Assembly (NCBI GenBank): GCA_035644475.1
Contig: DASQOL010000004.1
Coordinates: forward strand, 1,288 to 65,287
Length of the DNA: 64,000 bases
Direction of reading: 5' to 3'
From: Gammaproteobacteria bacterium
Lineage (GTDB): Bacteria; Pseudomonadota; Gammaproteobacteria; Steroidobacterales; Rariloculaceae
The position numbers were made by a program, and so were the translations under genes. The stretch's first letter is position 1, and each line of letters begins with the position of its first letter. The notes under the pieces were generated by a model. The model saw nothing but the letters and a program-made list of their open reading frames with translations, had not been told where the DNA came from and did no database searches. Below are positions 17,353-25,218 of the stretch, piece by piece.

Positions 17353-18390
17353 TCAGAGGTGCTCTTGGCCGAGCAGTCCGAGCTTGATCAGGTCCTGCAC
17401 GTCGAGCACGCCCACCGGCTTCGCGCCGTCGACCACGACGATGCTGTCGATTTCCTTGCTCTTGAAGACCTTCACGGCCTCGTTGAGCAGGGCGTCTTGA
17501 CTGATCGTGACGGGCGACCCGGAGAAACCGATGTCGACGAGCTTCTTGTCGAGGATCGTGCGGCCGCCACTCTGCAGCTTGCGGCGCAGGTCGCCGTCGG
17601 TGAACACGCCGGCCACGGCGCCCTTGCCGTCGACGAGCGTGACGGTGCCGAGCCGCGACTCGGTCATCTTGACCATCGCGTTGGTGAGCGTGTCGCTCGT
17701 CTCGCACACGGGATTGGCGGCGCGGACCACGTCCTTCACTCGCGTGGTCATCAGCGCGGTGTGCTCGCGGAACTGCGCGGTGCCGAGCGCCGTGAGCGTG
17801 TTCTCGCAGAGGCTCTTCATCACGCCGAACGGCATCGTGCAGACGTGCACGCCGGTGAGCATCGCCTGACGCACGTGCTCCGCGTGGCGCACCGACGAAA
17901 ACATGACCTTGCTGTCGTAGCCGTAGCGGTCGATCACGTCGACGCACTGCTCGAAGAGCTGAATCGCGTCGTGGCCCTGGTCCTGCATCCGGCCCGCGAG
18001 CGGGCAGATGAACGACGCGCCGGCCTCCATCGCCATGTACGCCTGATTGAGCGTGTAGATAAGGTGCACGTTGACGCGGTGGCCCTTGGCCACGAGCCGG
18101 TTGCAGGCCTTCACGCCGTCGTTCGAGATTGGCACCTTGAACACGGGCTCGCGCTCGAGCGGCAGGGCCAGGAGCCGCTCCGCCTCCGCGACGATCGCGT
18201 CGGGCGTGTCGCCGAGCGCCTCCACTTGCAGCTCGGGCACCATGCCCGACAGCTTGACGATCGCGCCGTCGACGTCGGTGATGCCGTGCTTGTGCATGAA
18301 CGTGGGCGTCGTGGTGAGCCCCTTGACGAAGCCGAAGGCGAACGCCGCTTCGATTTCCTTGAAATCAACGGAGTCGAGATAGAGTTCCAT
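17353..18390 (-). CDS. Fructose-6-phosphate-aldolase/TalC-type transaldolase-family domain fused to a C-terminal CBS pair
   Basis: The N-terminus MELYLDSVDFKEIE...GLTTTPTF...VFKVPIS (Schiff-base Lys context) matches the short FSA/TalC class. The C-terminal ~120 aa carries two CBS-type repeats (VKDVVRAANPVCETSDTL...GVFTDGDLRRKL and PVTISQDALLNEAVKVFKSKEIDSIVVVD...GVLDVQDLIK). RBS is GAGGAG. Confidence 0.8.
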   Translation of the reverse strand: MELYLDSVDFKEIEAAFAFGFVKGLTTTPTFMHKHGITDVDGAIVKLSGMVPELQVEALGDTPDAIVAEAERLLALPLEREPVFKVPISNDGVKACNRLVAKGHRVNVHLIYTLNQAYMAMEAGASFICPLAGRMQDQGHDAIQLFEQCVDVIDRYGYDSKVMFSSVRHAEHVRQAMLTGVHVCTMPFGVMKSLCENTLTALGTAQFREHTALMTTRVKDVVRAANPVCETSDTLTNAMVKMTESRLGTVTLVDGKGAVAGVFTDGDLRRKLQSGGRTILDKKLVDIGFSGSPVTISQDALLNEAVKVFKSKEIDSIVVVDGAKPVGVLDVQDLIKLGLLGQEHL

Positions 18391-18397
18391 GCGCTCC

Positions 18398-19231
18398 TCA
18401 GTGCACCGTCTGGCCACGGACCAAATTGTGAATGTCGAGGAGTGGCCGCACGAACTTCTCGAGATCGTCCAAGTAGTACTGGCTCGCGGCGTCGCAGAGC
18501 GCCTCGGGCGGGTTCGGGTGCGCCTCGATGAAGATGCCGTCGACACCAGCCGCCACGCCCGCGCGCGCGAGCGTGTCCAAGAACTGCCGCGCGCCGCCCT
18601 TCGGGTCCTTGCTCGGGATGCCGTACTTGCGGATCGAGTGGCCGATGTCGAACACCACCGGATAGCCGATCTGGCCGAGCAGGAAGAAGCTGCGCGGGTC
18701 GACTATCAGATCGTTGTACCCGAACGTGTAGCCGCGCTCCGTGAGGATGATCTTGCTGTTGCCGCTAGCCTCGACCTTCTGGCACGGCTTGGCCATGTTC
18801 TCGGGCGCGATGAACTGGCCGTGCTTGATGTTGACCACCGCGCCGGTCTTCGCGGCGGCGACCACGAGCTCGCTCTGCATGCAGAGGTACGCGGGGATCT
18901 GGAGCACGTCCACGACCTCGGCCGCCGGCGCCGCCTGATAGGGATAGTGGATGTCGGTGAGGATCGGCAGCTCGAACTCGCGCTTGACCTTCGCGAGCAG
19001 CTTCAAGCCCTCCTCGAGGCCCGGTCCCTGGTAGTAGTCGAGCGAGCTGCGGTTGTCCTTCGAGAACGACGACTTGAAGATGATCGGCAGCTCGAGGTCC
19101 GCGGACATCTTCTTCAGCCGCTCGGCCGTACGCATCATCAGCGGCTCCGCCTCGATCACGCACGGGCCTGCGATGAGGAACATCTGATCGGAGCCGCAGT
19201 CGATGTCGCCGACCATCACGTGCTTCTTCAT
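18398..19231 (-). CDS. kdsA: 3-deoxy-8-phosphooctulonate (Kdo-8-P) synthase
   Basis: Sequence FLIAGPCVIE...FKSSFSKDNRSS...ILTDIH...LQIPAYLCMQS...NIKHGQF...ILTERG..FGYN.L.VD...DI.HS matches KdsA along its full length. Confidence 0.9.
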   Translation of the reverse strand: MKKHVMVGDIDCGSDQMFLIAGPCVIEAEPLMMRTAERLKKMSADLELPIIFKSSFSKDNRSSLDYYQGPGLEEGLKLLAKVKREFELPILTDIHYPYQAAPAAEVVDVLQIPAYLCMQSELVVAAAKTGAVVNIKHGQFIAPENMAKPCQKVEASGNSKIILTERGYTFGYNDLIVDPRSFFLLGQIGYPVVFDIGHSIRKYGIPSKDPKGGARQFLDTLARAGVAAGVDGIFIEAHPNPPEALCDAASQYYLDDLEKFVRPLLDIHNLVRGQTVH

Positions 19232-20601
19232 AGACGGGAGTCCAAGTCGTTGGCAGGTCGCGACATTTTGCGGTCAAAGCGCGGCGCGGGCAAGCGGCGT
19301 CGGGTCAACTCGAGCAGCAACTCGTAGTTGCGGGCGGTCGCGCCCTGCCCCGCACGCACCACCTGCTGCGCGCGGCGGCCGAGCTCGCGCCTGCGCGGCT
19401 CGTCGAGGATGAGCTCGGCGACCGACGCCGCGAGCTCTCGCTCGTCATGCACCATGACGCCGGCATCGGCCGCGAGCAGATCTTCCACCGTCTCCTTGAA
19501 GCTGAAATTGTACGGCCCGAACAGCACCGGCACCGCGAGAATCGCGGGCTCCATCAGGTTATGGCCGCCCTTGTTCGCGCCGCGAAAGAACAAGCTGCCG
19601 CCGACGAACGCGAGATCCGCGGCCGCGTAGAGGCGGCCGAGCTCGCCCACGGTGTCCACGATCAGAATTCCGTCGCGCCCGGGCGGCGGCCGCGCCGCGC
19701 CCACCGCCGACTTGAGCGTCGCCGCGAAGCCGCGCTCGCGCGCGCGCCGCTCCACCTCGGGCGCGTCCTTGGGATAACGCGGAACGACGATCAGCGCGGC
19801 GCGGTCGTTCGCCGCGCGAGCGCGCGCGTACGCGTCGAGCAGCGCCTCGTCCTCGCGCTCGTGGAGGCTGCCCCCGACGATGACGAGGTCCTCCGGCGCG
19901 TAGCCGAGCTCGCCGCGCAGCTCGAGCCTGGCGGCGTCCTCCGCCAGCGGCTGCGCGCTGCGCGGGTGCGGAGGCTGCGTGAGGTCGTACTTCATGTTGC
20001 CGGTCACGCGCATGCGCTCCGCGGCCACCCCGAGTGCCGCGAAGCGCTCGGCGTGCTCCTCCGTCTGCACCGCAAGCAGGTCGATCTGCCGCAGCACGCG
20101 CGGAATCAGCCCGAGCCGCGTGTGCGTGCGAAACGACTTCGGCGACATCTTGCCGTTCACGATCGCCACCGCCGCGCCGTAGCGGCGCGCGCAGCCGATC
20201 AAGTTCGGCCAGAATTCCGACTCCACGATGATCACGAGCCGCGGATCGAGCCGCTTGAGATAGCGCCGCACCACGAACGACAGGTCGAACGGCAGCGGCA
20301 GCACGCGATGCCGGGAGTACAGCTTGCGCGCCGCGGCGAGCCCGGTGGAAGTGAAGGCCGTGATCACGAGCGGCACTTCGGGAAGGTCGCGCTCGAGCAG
20401 CGCGATCAGCGGCTTGAGCAACGAGACCTCGCCCGCCGAAGACCCGTGCAGCCAGATGCTCGCTTCGAGCCGCGGGCCCAAGCTCGCGCCGAAGCGCATC
20501 GCGAGATCGCGCCGGGCGGGGCCCGCGACGAAGCGATAGAGGATCCACGGGGAGAGCACCACGCAAGCGACGAGATAGGCGAAGTCGAGCACGAGCCCCA
20601 T
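19228..20601 (-). CDS. waaA: Kdo transferase, second paralog
   Basis: Sequence WLHGSSAGEVSLLKPLIALL...ESEFWPNL...IVNGKMS...GGSLF.RGANKGGHNLMEP. It has a 4-nt overlap with the kdsA start and is the first gene of the operon. Confidence 0.85.
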   Translation of the reverse strand: MGLVLDFAYLVACVVLSPWILYRFVAGPARRDLAMRFGASLGPRLEASIWLHGSSAGEVSLLKPLIALLERDLPEVPLVITAFTSTGLAAARKLYSRHRVLPLPFDLSFVVRRYLKRLDPRLVIIVESEFWPNLIGCARRYGAAVAIVNGKMSPKSFRTHTRLGLIPRVLRQIDLLAVQTEEHAERFAALGVAAERMRVTGNMKYDLTQPPHPRSAQPLAEDAARLELRGELGYAPEDLVIVGGSLHEREDEALLDAYARARAANDRAALIVVPRYPKDAPEVERRARERGFAATLKSAVGAARPPPGRDGILIVDTVGELGRLYAAADLAFVGGSLFFRGANKGGHNLMEPAILAVPVLFGPYNFSFKETVEDLLAADAGVMVHDERELAASVAELILDEPRRRELGRRAQQVVRAGQGATARNYELLLELTRRRLPAPRFDRKMSRPANDLDSRL

Positions 20602-20625
20602 CGGCCATATTCTAGTCTGGCACTA

Positions 20626-20731
20626 GGGTCAGACCCCAGGGACAGGCTGGGCCAGCGTCGTCGTGCTAGGGTCAGACCCCATCGGCACCGGCGTCGCAGG
20701 CTGCGGCCGCCGCGCGCATGGGGTCAGACCC
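20626..20731. promoter_or_regulatory. Three copies of the perfect 11-bp palindrome GGGTCAGACCC upstream of the Kdo operon
   Basis: Copies lie at 20626-20636, 20669-20679 and 20721-20731, with starts 43 and 52 bp apart. The first two share the longer CTAGGGTCAGACCCC. The sites lie between the EAL gene stop (20735) and the waaA start (20601). Confidence 0.45.
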
Positions 20732-20734
20732 TCG

Positions 20735-22066
20735 TCAGGCTTCGGCCTGCTGGAGCCAGAGCTTCGCGACGGGCATGCGGCGGCTCGCCGTCGCGAGGTA
20801 GTGATCGAGCCACTCGGGAACGAGGTCGCCGCGCATCGGCCGGCCGATGAAGAAGCCCTGCGCCATCTCGCAGCCGATGTCGGTCACGACGGCGAGGTTC
20901 TCGGCGCTGTCCACGCCTTCGGCCACCACGCGCATGCCGAACGCGTGCGCGAGCGCGATCACGGTCTTGACGATCTCCCGATCCTTGTCGTCGAGAGCGA
21001 TCGTGGCGATGAAGCGCTTGTCGATCTTGATCTCGGTCGCGGGGATCTGCTTGAGATAGCTCAGCGAGGAATAGCCCTTGCCGAAGTCGTCGATCGCGAG
21101 CTCGATGCCGAGCTTGCGGACCTTCTCGAGGCACGCGAGGGAAGAATCGTCGCTCTGCACCAAGCTGTCCTCGGTGAGCTCGATCGTGAGGCCGAAACCG
21201 TGCGCGTCGAGCGCCGTCTTGAGCGTGCGCAAGCGCGTGAGGAACTCGCCCTCCACGAGCACCTGCGGCGAGACGTTCACGGCCACGGAGAACGGCTTCG
21301 GCAGCTCCACCCAGTCGGACAGCCGCGCCGCGATCTTGTCGAACACGAGCCAGGTCATCGGCACGATGCTCCCCGAGCGCTCGGCGAGCGGCACGAAGTC
21401 GCTCGCGGGCACGAATCGCCCCGACTGCGTGCGCCAGCGCACGAGCGCCTCCACACCGCAGACGCGGCGTTCTCCGATGTCGATCTTCGGCTGGAAGTAG
21501 ACCTCGAGCTGGTTCTGCTGCACGGCCTGCTGGAGCTCGGTCTCGAACTTCCAGAGCGCGGCCTGCTGCTGCGTCGCGTCGGGCCGGTAGATGTCGAACG
21601 ACAGCTCGTTCTCGCGTGCCTCCTTGAGGGCTAGCTCGGCCCGGCGGAACAACGTCGCCGCGTCGTCGGCATGCGACGGGTACACGGCAACGCCGAGCGT
21701 GAGGTCGACGATGAACGTGTCGGAGGCGACCTTGAGCTGCGGCGGATTGTCCTCGGTGAGGCCGATCGCCGCATCCATGACCGCCGACATCGAGTCGACG
21801 TCGAGCAGCACGGCGAAGCGGCGCTCGGAGAGGCGGATGATCGGGGTCTTCGGCGGCAGGATCTCGCGGAGCCGTTCCGTATAGCCCGTGCAGAACTGCT
21901 CGCACTGCTCGTGGCCGAAGGTCGTGGCGATGCGATTGAACGCGTCGAGCTGACCGAGGAGCAGGCCCGCGAGCCGGCCGTGCTGACCCTGCTTCAGGAA
22001 TTGCTCGATGAAGCGGATGCTGGCGCTTCGGTGCTTGCCCGAACCGGCTTCCTGCTCCGCACCCAC
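20735..22066 (-). CDS. Degenerate-GGDEF / EAL domain protein (c-di-GMP phosphodiesterase-type)
   Basis: The EAL domain is intact (GVEALVRW, ELTED, DDFGKGYSSLSYL, KIDKRFI, VVAEGVDS, QGFF). The upstream GGDEF-like domain has SERRF where GGDEF would be. Confidence 0.85.
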   Translation of the reverse strand: MGAEQEAGSGKHRSASIRFIEQFLKQGQHGRLAGLLLGQLDAFNRIATTFGHEQCEQFCTGYTERLREILPPKTPIIRLSERRFAVLLDVDSMSAVMDAAIGLTEDNPPQLKVASDTFIVDLTLGVAVYPSHADDAATLFRRAELALKEARENELSFDIYRPDATQQQAALWKFETELQQAVQQNQLEVYFQPKIDIGERRVCGVEALVRWRTQSGRFVPASDFVPLAERSGSIVPMTWLVFDKIAARLSDWVELPKPFSVAVNVSPQVLVEGEFLTRLRTLKTALDAHGFGLTIELTEDSLVQSDDSSLACLEKVRKLGIELAIDDFGKGYSSLSYLKQIPATEIKIDKRFIATIALDDKDREIVKTVIALAHAFGMRVVAEGVDSAENLAVVTDIGCEMAQGFFIGRPMRGDLVPEWLDHYLATASRRMPVAKLWLQQAEA

Positions 22067-22277
22067 TCGCGCTCCCGATACCTCTGGCCCGGGAATAATT
22101 TCAACAGAACGCGCCGCGAATGGCTGTGAGCAAGGTCACGACCACAAACCCGGCGTTACGTGCGGCGCCGGTCTCGACCGCCGCCGTCGTCGGTCGGCAT
22201 TTTCTGACCGCCCGCGTCACCCGGCGTTGACATAACCGAGGCCGCGCCAGCAGCGGCGGGGCATCTCGATCGGTGGC

Positions 22278-22628
22278 ATGCCGCTTGCACCTTTCGAGCG
22301 CGCGAGGCCCACGCACGGGCGCCTTTACACGACCGAAACCTCGAGCGGCACGTCGATGGTAAAAGTCAAACCGAGCATCCGGCCCACCGAGACGTACACC
22401 GAGCCGAACTTCATCCGCGTCTACACGGCGTCAGCGCCGGACGGCCAGCGGCTCGCCACGATCGAGCATCTCTCGTACGACGCGGAGAAGGGCCGCGGCC
22501 GGGCGGGCTGGAGCTGCCAGACGATCGTCGACGGCGAGGTGATGACGAAAGAGGACGCGCTCTTCATCGCCCGCAACTACGCCATCGCGAACAGCATCCC
22601 CGTCATCTACGAGTGCCACGGCGACTAA
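22278..22628 (+). CDS. Small hypothetical protein
   Basis: ORF with a GC3-rich codon pattern; I recognise no family. An alternative start is the ATG at 22356 (MVKVKPS...). The stop TAA abuts the hairpin repeat. Confidence 0.45.
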   Translation: MPLAPFERARPTHGRLYTTETSSGTSMVKVKPSIRPTETYTEPNFIRVYTASAPDGQRLATIEHLSYDAEKGRGRAGWSCQTIVDGEVMTKEDALFIARNYAIANSIPVIYECHGD

Positions 22629-22712
22629 GAAAATAGGGACATGTTGGATTTTTCGGCGGCCCGCCCGGGCGGGGCGGCGCGGTCGAAAGAAATGCAACAT
22701 GTCCCTATTTTC
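22629..22712. repeat. AT-armed hairpin repeat, full copy
   Basis: Sequence is GAAAATAGGGACATGTTGGATTTTTCG, a GC-rich self-complementary core (CCCGCCCGGGCGGGG), then CGAAAGAAATGCAACATGTCCCTATTTTC. It fills the whole gap between two convergent stop codons. Confidence 0.8.
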
Positions 22713-23506
22713 TAGAGGTGGACGGAGGACGGGAGGGACGTCCTGGTCTTCTTGTGGATGATGACGAGCGAATCCTTGAAGCGAATCTCGTCGATCTCGG
22801 CGCAGATGCGGGGCACCGACAACGAAGACAAAGCGTCCTTGTGGCCCCTTCTGAAGAAGGGCTCGCCCGGATGATCGACGTAGTGGCAATGCATGAAGTC
22901 GACCAAGTCCTTGCACAGATCGACGAACGAATACTTCTGATCGCGGAAGCCTTTCCAAAAGTTCGAATGGGTGTCTTCCACGACGTACACGCCGGGATTC
23001 TTGAGGCCCTCCAAGAACAAATGGTTGAAGCTCGCGACCATGTGCGAGCACATGTGACTGCCGTCGTCTAGGATCAGATCGAAAGGACCGAATTCGTCGA
23101 CTAGCCGGCGTACACCCGGGGTGGACTGATCGCCGATCCTGATGTGCACGTTCTCGTCAGGCCGGTCGTATTGCTTGCACGCTTCGTCGATGTCCAGTCC
23201 GACGATCACGGAGTCGGGGTGCAGGTACTCCCGCCACATTCGAACGGAAGAGCCGTTGTAAACGCCGATCTCGAGCAGGCGAATCGGGCGCTTCGCGAAC
23301 GGCGCCAGGACGGACGCATAAGTCTCGAAATAATGCAGCCACTTGTGACCGTTCGGAATTCCCTTCCAGACGCCATAGAGGTCCCGTGGCAAATCGTCGG
23401 GCAACTGCTCGCCGGCAGCCAGGATCCGTGGCGAGAAGAACTCGGCACTCAGGTGCTTACCCGGCCCCCGAGGCGGCCGGTAGCGATATCTCCTCTTGCC
23501 GGCCAC
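22712..23506 (-). CDS. Class I SAM-dependent methyltransferase (HKWxHYF / sugar-or-macrolide O-methyltransferase-like)
   Basis: Sequence GHKWLHYFETY...LLEIGVYNGSSVRMWREYL...GLDID...DLILDDGSH. G+C is visibly lower than in the neighbours. The start is uncertain: there is no in-frame ATG upstream of the domain, so I chose the GTG at 23506. Confidence 0.7.
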   Translation of the reverse strand: MAGKRRYRYRPPRGPGKHLSAEFFSPRILAAGEQLPDDLPRDLYGVWKGIPNGHKWLHYFETYASVLAPFAKRPIRLLEIGVYNGSSVRMWREYLHPDSVIVGLDIDEACKQYDRPDENVHIRIGDQSTPGVRRLVDEFGPFDLILDDGSHMCSHMVASFNHLFLEGLKNPGVYVVEDTHSNFWKGFRDQKYSFVDLCKDLVDFMHCHYVDHPGEPFFRRGHKDALSSLSVPRICAEIDEIRFKDSLVIIHKKTRTSLPSSVHL

Positions 23507-23517
23507 GAGCTTCGACG

Positions 23518-24264
23518 CTACTGGCCGGCGAGCTTGCGGAGGTCCGCGGCGGTGAGGTTGCCCTTGGCGAGCGGTTGGCCCAGATCGAACTCGCGGGTTT
23601 TGGCGAGCGAGCCGATCATGACCGAGTCGAAGCCCGCGTCGCGCACGAGCCGCTGCGCGACCGCGATGGCCTGCGCGTCGTCGCCGCCGATCGGGATCGC
23701 GAGCCGCTCGGGCGTGCGGTTGCCGTCGTTCGCCAGCGACATGAAACCGATGCAGTTGAACGCGCGCACCACGCGGTTGTTGTGCAACAGCTCGGCCGTG
23801 GCGACGCCCGCGCCCTTCTTCTGCCACTCGGCGGCCTCAGCGCCGTCGCGCCCCGGGTTCGGGTTGCTCGTGTCGAGGATCACCTTGCCCGCGAGCTCCG
23901 CGCGCAGGTCGGTGCCGATCTGCGGCATCGCGCCGTACGGGATCGATACGAGGATCACCTCGCCGAACGCCGCGGCCTCCTTCGGCGTGCCCGCGTGCGC
24001 GCGCGGCCCGAGCTCCTTCACGAGATCCTGGAGCTCCTCCGGATGCCGCGACGAGACGAACACCTCGTGCCCGGCCTTCACCCAGTGCCGCGCGAGCGCG
24101 CTGCCGATTCGGCCGGTGCCGATGATGCCGATCTTGAGCGGCGGGCCGGCTGCTTGCGCGTGCGCGGGCGCCGAAGCGCCGAGACCGGCGAGCAGGCCGA
24201 TGGCCGCGCTCGCGGCGAGCGCGACGATCGAACGGCGGGTGATGACGGCAGTTTTCGTTGGCAT
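23518..24264 (-). CDS. Rossmann-fold NAD(P)-binding oxidoreductase (F420-dependent NADP reductase-like family) with predicted Tat/Sec signal
   Basis: Signal-like N-terminus MPTKTAVITRRSIVALAASAAIGLLAGLGASAPAHAQA, then KIGIIGTGRIGSALARHWVKAGHEV. The ATG at 24264 follows GAGGA. Confidence 0.7.
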   Translation of the reverse strand: MPTKTAVITRRSIVALAASAAIGLLAGLGASAPAHAQAAGPPLKIGIIGTGRIGSALARHWVKAGHEVFVSSRHPEELQDLVKELGPRAHAGTPKEAAAFGEVILVSIPYGAMPQIGTDLRAELAGKVILDTSNPNPGRDGAEAAEWQKKGAGVATAELLHNNRVVRAFNCIGFMSLANDGNRTPERLAIPIGGDDAQAIAVAQRLVRDAGFDSVMIGSLAKTREFDLGQPLAKGNLTAADLRKLAGQ

Positions 24265-24287
24265 GTTGTCCTCGACTGTTTTCGCTG

Positions 24288-24482
24288 TCAGGTCCTGAAG
24301 CTCCGCGACCGGCTCAAGAACCAGATCGCGGCGAGAAAGCCGATCACTCCTTCGGCGACGAAGAAGCCGATCCAAGGCGCGGTCGCACCCTGCATCTTGC
24401 CGGTGGAGAACCAGTAGATCGCGTGCACGAGCAGGAGCGCGCAGATCGCGGCATTCACCCGGTATCTCGTCGGCTTGTTCAT
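24288..24482 (-). CDS. Small two-TM membrane protein
   Basis: 64 aa with two hydrophobic helices and GC3-rich codons. Its ATG overlaps the stop of the dsbA-like frame (ATGA). Confidence 0.5.
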   Translation of the reverse strand: MNKPTRYRVNAAICALLLVHAIYWFSTGKMQGATAPWIGFFVAEGVIGFLAAIWFLSRSRSFRT

Positions 24483-25119
24483 TGCACCTTGGCCCGCTCG
24501 GCGCGCGCCTTCGCGATCAGCTGGTCGACGATCGTGAGCTGACCCACGTACACGCCGTCGTCCTGGATCTCGACCATGTACTTGCCGTCGACCACGAGCG
24601 TCGGCACCCCGGCGATCCGATAGGTCTTCGCGAGCTGGTCACCGCGCGACACGAACGACTTGATGCTGAACGAGTTGAACGCGTTCGTGAACTCCGTGCG
24701 ATCGACGCCGTGCTTCGCAACCCAGTCGACGACGCGCTCGTCGGTCGACAGGTCGACGTTCTCGCGATGGATCGCGTTGAAGATCGCCGCGTCGAGCGCG
24801 TCCACCTTGCCGAGCGCGTTCAAGGTATAGAAAAGCTGTGACGGCTTCGCCCACGGCCCGTGGCCGACGACGACCGCGACGCGCTCGAACACGACGTCTT
24901 TGGCAACGACGCGGTCCACTTCGCGAGCACCGGGTAGAACGCCGCGCAATGCGGGCACGCGTACGAGAAGAACTCGGTGACGACGATGCGCTTCGCGTCG
25001 CTCGTGGGCTGCTGGGGAACGACCGCGACGTAGTCGCGGCCCGCCTGCGGCTCCGCGCCCGCGGCGGCGGCCGCCAACGACAACAGCAGTACCGCGCCCA
25101 TTCGAATCGTTTGCCGCAT
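24479..25119 (-). pseudogene. dsbA: DsbA-family thiol:disulfide oxidoreductase interrupted by a 1-nt frameshift
   Basis: The N-terminal part (signal peptide, FFSYACPHCAAFYPVLAKWTASLPK) is in one frame (track ORF 24820-25119). The rest (DVVFERVAVV...IAGVPTLVVDGKY...) is in another frame (track ORF 24479-25177). The frames join at about 24897-24900, within ..CCAAAG|ACGTCGTG.. on the coding strand. Confidence 0.6.
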
Positions 25120-25199
25120 CGATCGCTTCCTCGTTCGAGACCGCGGTAACTAGACACGTTTCCCGAAGATGCCGCAAGCCGCAGGGGCCGGCCCACCCG

Positions 25200-25218
25200 G
25201 TCGTGTCTCACTTTGGCC
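25200..25218. repeat. Solo copy of the 19-nt terminus of the MITE-like element at 56749-56941
   Basis: GTCGTGTCTCACTTTGGCC is identical to 56749-56767 and to the reverse complement of 56923-56941. It overlaps the last codons and stop of the GNAT gene. Confidence 0.5.

Noticed and set aside
22227-22232. A TTGACA hexamer upstream of the small ORF at 22278, considered as a -35 box.
   Set aside because: There is no acceptable -10 element at 16-18 nt (the downstream sequence is GC-rich, CAGCAGCGG). A single hexamer is not evidence.
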